DNA of 64,000 nt from an uncultured Spirochaetota bacterium (lineage in GTDB: Bacteria > Spirochaetota > Spirochaetia > SZUA-6 > Fen-1364): NCBI GenBank assembly GCA_963781885.1, contig CAWAHW010000007.1, forward strand, positions 352,001 through 416,000, written 5' to 3'. Made by a program: the position numbers and the translations under genes. The notes under the pieces are model-generated. The model saw only the letters and a program-made list of their open reading frames with translations. It was not told the origin of the DNA and did not search any database. This document shows, one piece after another, positions 60,001 to 64,000 of the stretch (position 1 is the first letter of the stretch; each line of letters begins with the position of its first letter).

Positions 60001-60249
60001 GGGAAGCGCGTCCAGCCCGGCAAAGATGTCCTGCAGGCTCTCCTGTTCGGCCGTGCCCGCGCCGGCCTCGTCGCCTTCTCCGGCGTCGAAGGGCAGCGCG
60101 TCGAGTGAATCGCCTTCCTGCGGGGCGCCCTCTGCCGCCGGCGCAGCAACCTCCTCGATGCTCTCCGCGCGCGCCGCGCGTATCGCCGGCTCGTCACCGA
60201 GTGAGTTGAGGACCTGGGCGAATCGTTCGATATCCTCTCTTCGGGGCAT
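57082..60249 (-). CDS. flcA: Periplasmic flagellar collar protein FlcA
   Basis: LNSLGDEP N-terminus, long acidic low-complexity region, LPRNLKIAV, one TM, TPR-rich C-terminus with NNLGV; architecture of spirochaete FlcA. Confidence 0.78.
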   Translation of the reverse strand: MPRREDIERFAQVLNSLGDEPAIRAARAESIEEVAAPAAEGAPQEGDSLDALPFDAGEGDEAGAGTAEQESLQDIFAGLDALPGDEAAPDEGSGGPPPIDEPSTPPETPGDDIDFSSLFGDETAAPPIEEIESPPPPAQGRAAEPAEKAPAPDEEAFSFPGGEPEGLQDDLAQMEVLPESLGEEEPAPAPEGESFEDLGAFAPDTGPASESAEGPASEAPAPGLEGLGGLDAFSTEAPSFEEPASEEPAAGEAGESFELPSLDDLSFGETTPDVGAPPEQAEAPREPSFEPPPAESEELPPGASFDLDTVGEVAEPPAGESAAEPDMDSLGVEGLGDLDEFSLPPSAEQFGIPAAVEAPKAKAKPRAERPAPAARPAPVETAAEPGEVDLSPEQFAQLKRTLESLPRNLKIAVQDLIGQGMVGGPDLTALIALLLRGASAQEIAALTGKITGKRIRIPAGYEKKTGIAFEEEQRTFGYAFRENILPIIRIIAITLVAGGLFGFLGYSYVWKPLSAYTNYRAGYAEIASDHYDIANERFDRATRTWQMKSWYYRYAEAFAGKRRYDLAEQKYDQLLAWQPNDKKGILDYARMESQGLANFEKADSLLQRILGRSQYDYDALLASGDNNLDWAEKVPARYEPARFAYATLIERYGTRDELLFRMLRYFIRTDKPDEVERLRIYYAQRPEVKVDAGVFAEMGGYLVDHHKLDFVQEVLFRADKAKLGLYEVHYNLARYYRLVKNAGDEKKALDATLENLRRNSTEAITTKRVTIEIDTNTRLGEYNDGIKEYITAETYLRKAASLVEQYRKMNLIPVDGLYGRPYADLGDLYYYIQGDMNAAYAQYQTAFANAFTSPELLYKTGYIQYKQGDYKSALATFTQTEDASASPAEADTLAAAAPTPEEPLPTPGQPPQNLLYALGNCFYQRGDFFAAQGYYLRLLDRLENRRAALGILHPEDQPSDRALLDSLVRVNNNLGVTLFRLSQRTGDRTRRSQSLVYFTQATEIADTLSRSPDTVQRSEDRSLPSLNMRGILYPVSGFVLQPSLALPKDFEAIDW

Positions 60250-60265
60250 GAGGCTCCTGCTTCAA

Positions 60266-60322
60266 ATGTCGGCGCGATGCGCGCGCGTCATGACTCAAGC
60301 CTCGCGCGTCTTCGGCCGACAT
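60266..60322. promoter_or_regulatory. Back-to-back sigma28-like promoters for flcA and the CBM48 gene
   Basis: Minus: TCAT-N16-GCCGACAT (60293-60266); plus: TCAA-N16-GCCGACAT (60295-60322). Confidence 0.55.
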
Positions 60323-60354
60323 GTAGTATAAGCAAAAGCAACCGGACGTCCACC

Positions 60355-61110
60355 ATGAAGAGACACGCCACACCAGCCCCGAAGGACAACCCCCCGCCTA
60401 CCCCCCGGCAGCGCAGGATGACCCTCGTGCGCTTTCTCCTTCTTGCCGGCCTGATCGCTTCCGCGGTGGGCGCCTTTGCCGCCACGCCCGAGACGCTCGA
60501 CATCGCCATCAAGCGCATCAACACGGCCCAGCCGCCCCGGCTCGTGCAGGACGTGCTCCTCCTCAGCTACCGCCCCGACCGGCCGACGCGCTTCGTCGGC
60601 GCCCGGTTTGCACACGAGTCGTGGAAGGTGCTGCATCCGTACGTCGTGAATGACAAAGGCATCTTCGTGTTGGAATATCCCTGGCCCGAGGGAGCGACGG
60701 AGATACGCTACCGGATAGAGGTCGACGGCCTCTGGACGACGGATCCCGCCAATCACGTCGTCGACACGGATGCGGCGGGCAACGAATTCTCCGTGTTCAC
60801 CGTGGACAGGGCGCCGGACCGTCGGCTTGTCAGTCCGCGGAAAGAGAGCGACGGCTCCTACACTTTCACGTTCACCGGATTGCCCGGCCACCGGGTCTCG
60901 CTGGAGGGCGACTTCAACGACTGGGACCCGTTCGTCGACACCCTGGAGGAAACGTCACCGGGTGTGTACACGGTCACGCTCCGCATCCCGCCGGGCCGGC
61001 ACTGGTACGTCTTTCTTTCGGACGGGCTCCGCATCCTCGACCGGCTGAACGGCGACACCGGGGTGGATCCCGACGGCCGTGCCGTGAGCTATTTCTCCCC
61101 CTCCTCCTGA
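60355..61110 (+). CDS. Exported protein with two glycogen-binding (CBM48/AMPK-like) domains
   Basis: YRIEVDGLWTTDPAN, V.LEGDFNDWDP, IPPG.HWYVF..DG; signal-like segment; start may be 60418. Confidence 0.8.
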   Translation: MKRHATPAPKDNPPPTPRQRRMTLVRFLLLAGLIASAVGAFAATPETLDIAIKRINTAQPPRLVQDVLLLSYRPDRPTRFVGARFAHESWKVLHPYVVNDKGIFVLEYPWPEGATEIRYRIEVDGLWTTDPANHVVDTDAAGNEFSVFTVDRAPDRRLVSPRKESDGSYTFTFTGLPGHRVSLEGDFNDWDPFVDTLEETSPGVYTVTLRIPPGRHWYVFLSDGLRILDRLNGDTGVDPDGRAVSYFSPSS

Positions 61111-61685
61111 GATTCCCGCACCGGGTATTCCTTTCCCCAGGCGTCCAGGGAGACGATCGATGACAGGGGCATGCGGACGCGGGGTCGCGGCCCGAGCTCC
61201 GGCGCGGGATAGCCGACGGCGATCAACGCGACGACCTGCACGTGGAAGGGCGCCCGCAGCGCGCGCCGCGCGGCGCGCCTGTTGAACCAGCCGATCCAGC
61301 ACGTTCCCAGCCCGAGCTCTTCCGCGCGGAGCACGAGGTGCTCGCCGGCGATGCCGCAGTCCAACTGGTACATCGCGCCGTCTTTCACGGCCTTTCCCGC
61401 CTCCACGACGCCTCCGCGCCGCGCGCAGAGCGCGATGATCAGGGGCGCGCGGGCCGCAAACCGGGTGGGGGAGAATATGCCCGAGAAGCTCGCGCGGGCA
61501 AGCCTTTCCCGCGCCGCGGCGTCCTTCACCACGATGAAGCGGCACGGCTGGGAGTTCTCCGCGGAAGGCGCAAGGCGCGCGCACTCCAGCAGGGAGGCGA
61601 TGGCATCGTCCGGCACGGCGCGCTCCGCGTAGCGGCGGACGCTCTGCCGATGGTGCACGAGCTCGGTAAAGGGCGAGCGGCTCAT
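61089..61685 (-). CDS. Nitroreductase family protein
   Basis: RQSVRRY, ARLAPSAENSQP, LGLGTCWIG, IAVGYP. Confidence 0.92.
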   Translation of the reverse strand: MSRSPFTELVHHRQSVRRYAERAVPDDAIASLLECARLAPSAENSQPCRFIVVKDAAARERLARASFSGIFSPTRFAARAPLIIALCARRGGVVEAGKAVKDGAMYQLDCGIAGEHLVLRAEELGLGTCWIGWFNRRAARRALRAPFHVQVVALIAVGYPAPELGPRPRVRMPLSSIVSLDAWGKEYPVRESQEEGEK

Positions 61686-62947
61686 CCCGCGGCCTTGTGA
61701 TTCCGCGCCGCGTCCTGAAGACGGTGGATGCCGTCGAACCACTTCAGCGCGCTTTCGTTGCGGAAGGGGATGCGATAGAGCCTGCCGTCGTAGGTGAAGT
61801 GCAGCTTGTCCCCCGGGTCGACGGACAGCGCGCCTATTGCCCCGAGGGGCGCGGAGAGCGGGATGCCGATGCGGGTGCGAAAGAGGAGGCGGCGACCGGT
61901 GAGGAACGCGCGGCCGAAGGCGAAGAGCCGCAGGTTGGGGAAGGTCTCCTGCTTGAACAGGAAACGCGGCCGGGAGATGAGGTAGATCTTCTCTCCCGGC
62001 GCAAGCCCCAGCCGCACCTCGCTGCGGATGGGGGTGTAGTCCATCTCGACGATATGCTTGTAATGCCAGGGAAGCGGGATCCAGTTGCCTTCCGCGTGCC
62101 CGGTCTCGTCGGCCAGGGAGAGACGGCATGCGGCGTCAATGACCCACGTGCTGAAGCAGCTCGAGCACTCGACCATGTTCGTGCTGAAGGGACGCACGAG
62201 CTTCAAGCCTTCCATCGTGCCGCAGCTCGGACAGCGATAGAGGACGCGCGTAACATTGACGGCGAGCCCCGTCTGGCGACCGCGCGCGGCCGTTGCCGGG
62301 GAATCGAACTCATGGGTGGTGATCGCCGCGGCGATCCGGGAAAGGATCTCCGAATCACTCTTGGGAATGGTGGTGGGCGTGAAGAGCTGGGAGAACTCGC
62401 CCCGCACGGGGAGCCGGCGTATCTTGCGCGCCCAGCGCGGGTAGGTGAGGTACGCCCCTTCCAGCCGGCAGACGTAGACGGGAACCTTCAGCTTGCGGAT
62501 CAGCTTCGCGATGCCGGTGAAAAGGGGCTGCAGGGAGCCGTCCCACGTGCGCACGCCTTCCGGGAACACGCCGACCAGGCCGCCCTTTTCCACGAGTGAA
62601 AAGATGGTGCGGAGCGCTGCCATGTCGGACGCCGCCTTGCGCTTGGGGAATGCGCCGAACGACCTGATGAGCAAACCGAGGAATCGGCTGCGAAAAAGGT
62701 CCTCCGTGGCGGCGAAGTAGACGGGCCGGCGCAGCAGGGCGTAGAGCCAGATCGGGTCAAAGAGGGTCGTGTGATTGGAAAGAATGATGCCCGCCCCGGT
62801 GGGAGGGACGACGGACGCATTGTCCGGCGTGAGCTGGAAATAGCTTTTGATGAAACCGCGCAAAATACCCATCATGACGCGGTAGAAGATGCGGTTGACG
62901 ACCCGCGGCTTGCGGAAAATCGTCGAGGACCCGTTTGTGTCCGCCAT
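61682..62947 (-). CDS. PlsC-type lysophospholipid acyltransferase with C-terminal zinc ribbon
   Basis: SNHTTLFDP, FPEGVR, CPSC...CSSC. Confidence 0.88.
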   Translation of the reverse strand: MADTNGSSTIFRKPRVVNRIFYRVMMGILRGFIKSYFQLTPDNASVVPPTGAGIILSNHTTLFDPIWLYALLRRPVYFAATEDLFRSRFLGLLIRSFGAFPKRKAASDMAALRTIFSLVEKGGLVGVFPEGVRTWDGSLQPLFTGIAKLIRKLKVPVYVCRLEGAYLTYPRWARKIRRLPVRGEFSQLFTPTTIPKSDSEILSRIAAAITTHEFDSPATAARGRQTGLAVNVTRVLYRCPSCGTMEGLKLVRPFSTNMVECSSCFSTWVIDAACRLSLADETGHAEGNWIPLPWHYKHIVEMDYTPIRSEVRLGLAPGEKIYLISRPRFLFKQETFPNLRLFAFGRAFLTGRRLLFRTRIGIPLSAPLGAIGALSVDPGDKLHFTYDGRLYRIPFRNESALKWFDGIHRLQDAARNHKAAG

Positions 62948-63040
62948 CGTGAGAAAGATAGCGAAACCCTCGGGGGGACGCAAGCGCTGCCGTGACCGGT
63001 GGGAACGCAGGGCCGCCCGCTCCCGGCGGCCGTCAGCTCG

Positions 63041-64000
63041 TCAGCTGCACCCCGTCGTCGAGCCGCAGGTGTCGCATCTCATGCAGGTGCCGCTGCGCAC
63101 GAGCGTGAAGTGGCCGCAGACCGGGCAGGGGTCGCCCTCGTAGCCTTTCATTTTCGCGACGTGCACCTCGTTGTCCAGCGCCGCCACCTCGCCGTGACCG
63201 TTGGCGTGATCGTCGCGCGCGCCGTTGTTGCGGTTCGTGGTGGTGGCAATGAGGTCATCGGGTTTCACTTGCACGAGGTCCGTCCGTCCCAGGTAGGACA
63301 GGGCGAGGTCGCGGAAGATGAAGTCCAGCACGGAGGTGGTCATCTTGATGTGGTCGTGGCCGCTCACCATGCCGTTGGGCTCGAAGCGCGTGAAGGTGAA
63401 TGCATCCACGTACTCTTCAAGGGGCACGCCGTACTGCAGCCCGAGGGAGACGGCGATGGCGAAGCTGTTGAGCAGGGAGCGGAACGCCGCGCCCTCCTTG
63501 TGCATGTCGAGGAATATCTCGCCCAGCGTGCCGTCTTCGTACTGGCCGGTGCGCAGGAAGATGCTGTGGCCGCCGATCTTGGCCTTCTGCGTGTAGCCGA
63601 ATCTCTTTGCCGGCAGAGGGTCGCGCCTCTTGGCGTGGCCGGGGGCAAGGGCCAGGCCGATGTGCGAGTCCCCGGTTTCCTTACTGATGGCAAGAACCGC
63701 CGCCGCCGCGGAATCCGACCCGGGCATGAGCGAGGACAGGGGCTGGCTCAGCTTCGAGCCGTCGCGGTAGAGCGCGATGGCCTTCAGCATCTTGCGCCAC
63801 GACATGAGGTAGGCGCCCTTGATGTCGTCGATGGAGGCGTTGGACGGCATGTTGATGGTCTTGGAGATCGCACCGGAGATGAAGGGCTGCACGGCCGCCA
63901 TCATCTCGATGTGGGCCTTCCACGGGATGGAGCGCTTGCCGATCTTGCCGTTCGGGGAGGCGGTGTCGAACACCGCGTAATGTTCCGGCTTCAGGTGCGG
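63041..64000 (-). CDS. nrdJ: Class II (B12-dependent) ribonucleotide reductase, 3' part; runs off the window
   Basis: [35 protein letters not shown]-terminal CPVC...[11 protein letters not shown]. Confidence 0.93.
   Translation of the reverse strand, partial: PHLKPEHYAVFDTASPNGKIGKRSIPWKAHIEMMAAVQPFISGAISKTINMPSNASIDDIKGAYLMSWRKMLKAIALYRDGSKLSQPLSSLMPGSDSAAAAVLAISKETGDSHIGLALAPGHAKRRDPLPAKRFGYTQKAKIGGHSIFLRTGQYEDGTLGEIFLDMHKEGAAFRSLLNSFAIAVSLGLQYGVPLEEYVDAFTFTRFEPNGMVSGHDHIKMTTSVLDFIFRDLALSYLGRTDLVQVKPDDLIATTTNRNNGARDDHANGHGEVAALDNEVHVAKMKGYEGDPCPVCGHFTLVRSGTCMRCDTCGSTTGCS

Noticed and set aside
59050-60150. Acidic Pro/Glu-rich repeats in the 1055-aa protein as a novel repeat protein
   Set aside because: Low-complexity linker expected in FlcA; no DNA-level tandem repeat
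1-64000. tRNA, rRNA, prophage, IS, retron or defence island
   Set aside because: No cloverleaf or rRNA signatures and no integrase, transposase, reverse transcriptase or defence domains recognised

Overview
A gene-dense, high-GC (roughly 65%, estimated by eye) chromosomal segment, most likely from a free-living spirochaete (Spirochaetota). The taxonomic call rests on flgM, a periplasmic flagellar collar gene (flcA) and several hypothetical genes that look spirochaete-like. About 66 CDS are present, mostly housekeeping: serS, proC, thrBC plus aspartate kinase, rlmE, carD, nth, hisA, aroK, galU, fabI, xth, guaB, trxA, ssb, ilvE and a partial nrdJ. Other content: a cobalamin-riboswitch-controlled btuB/tonB pair, a porin-like gene, a small toxin-antitoxin-like pair, a two-component system and a fused-E1/E2 2-oxoacid dehydrogenase. 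I found no rRNA, tRNA, CRISPR array, integrase or transposase. The best candidate for an undescribed system is a three-gene module at 11.2-15.4 kb: an LpxL-family acyltransferase, a V4R-GAF-HD-GYP phosphodiesterase and a divergent atypical enolase-superfamily enzyme. It looks like a lipid-signal synthase/receptor unit linked to c-di-GMP. Other notable signals are a 5x24-bp tandem hairpin array, a dispersed intergenic palindromic repeat with stem covariation, back-to-back sigma28-like promoters at flcA, many apparently leaderless genes and two apparent pseudo-enzymes. Several single-base frameshifts suggest long-read indel errors in the assembly. All family calls come from motif recognition by eye, not database searches.
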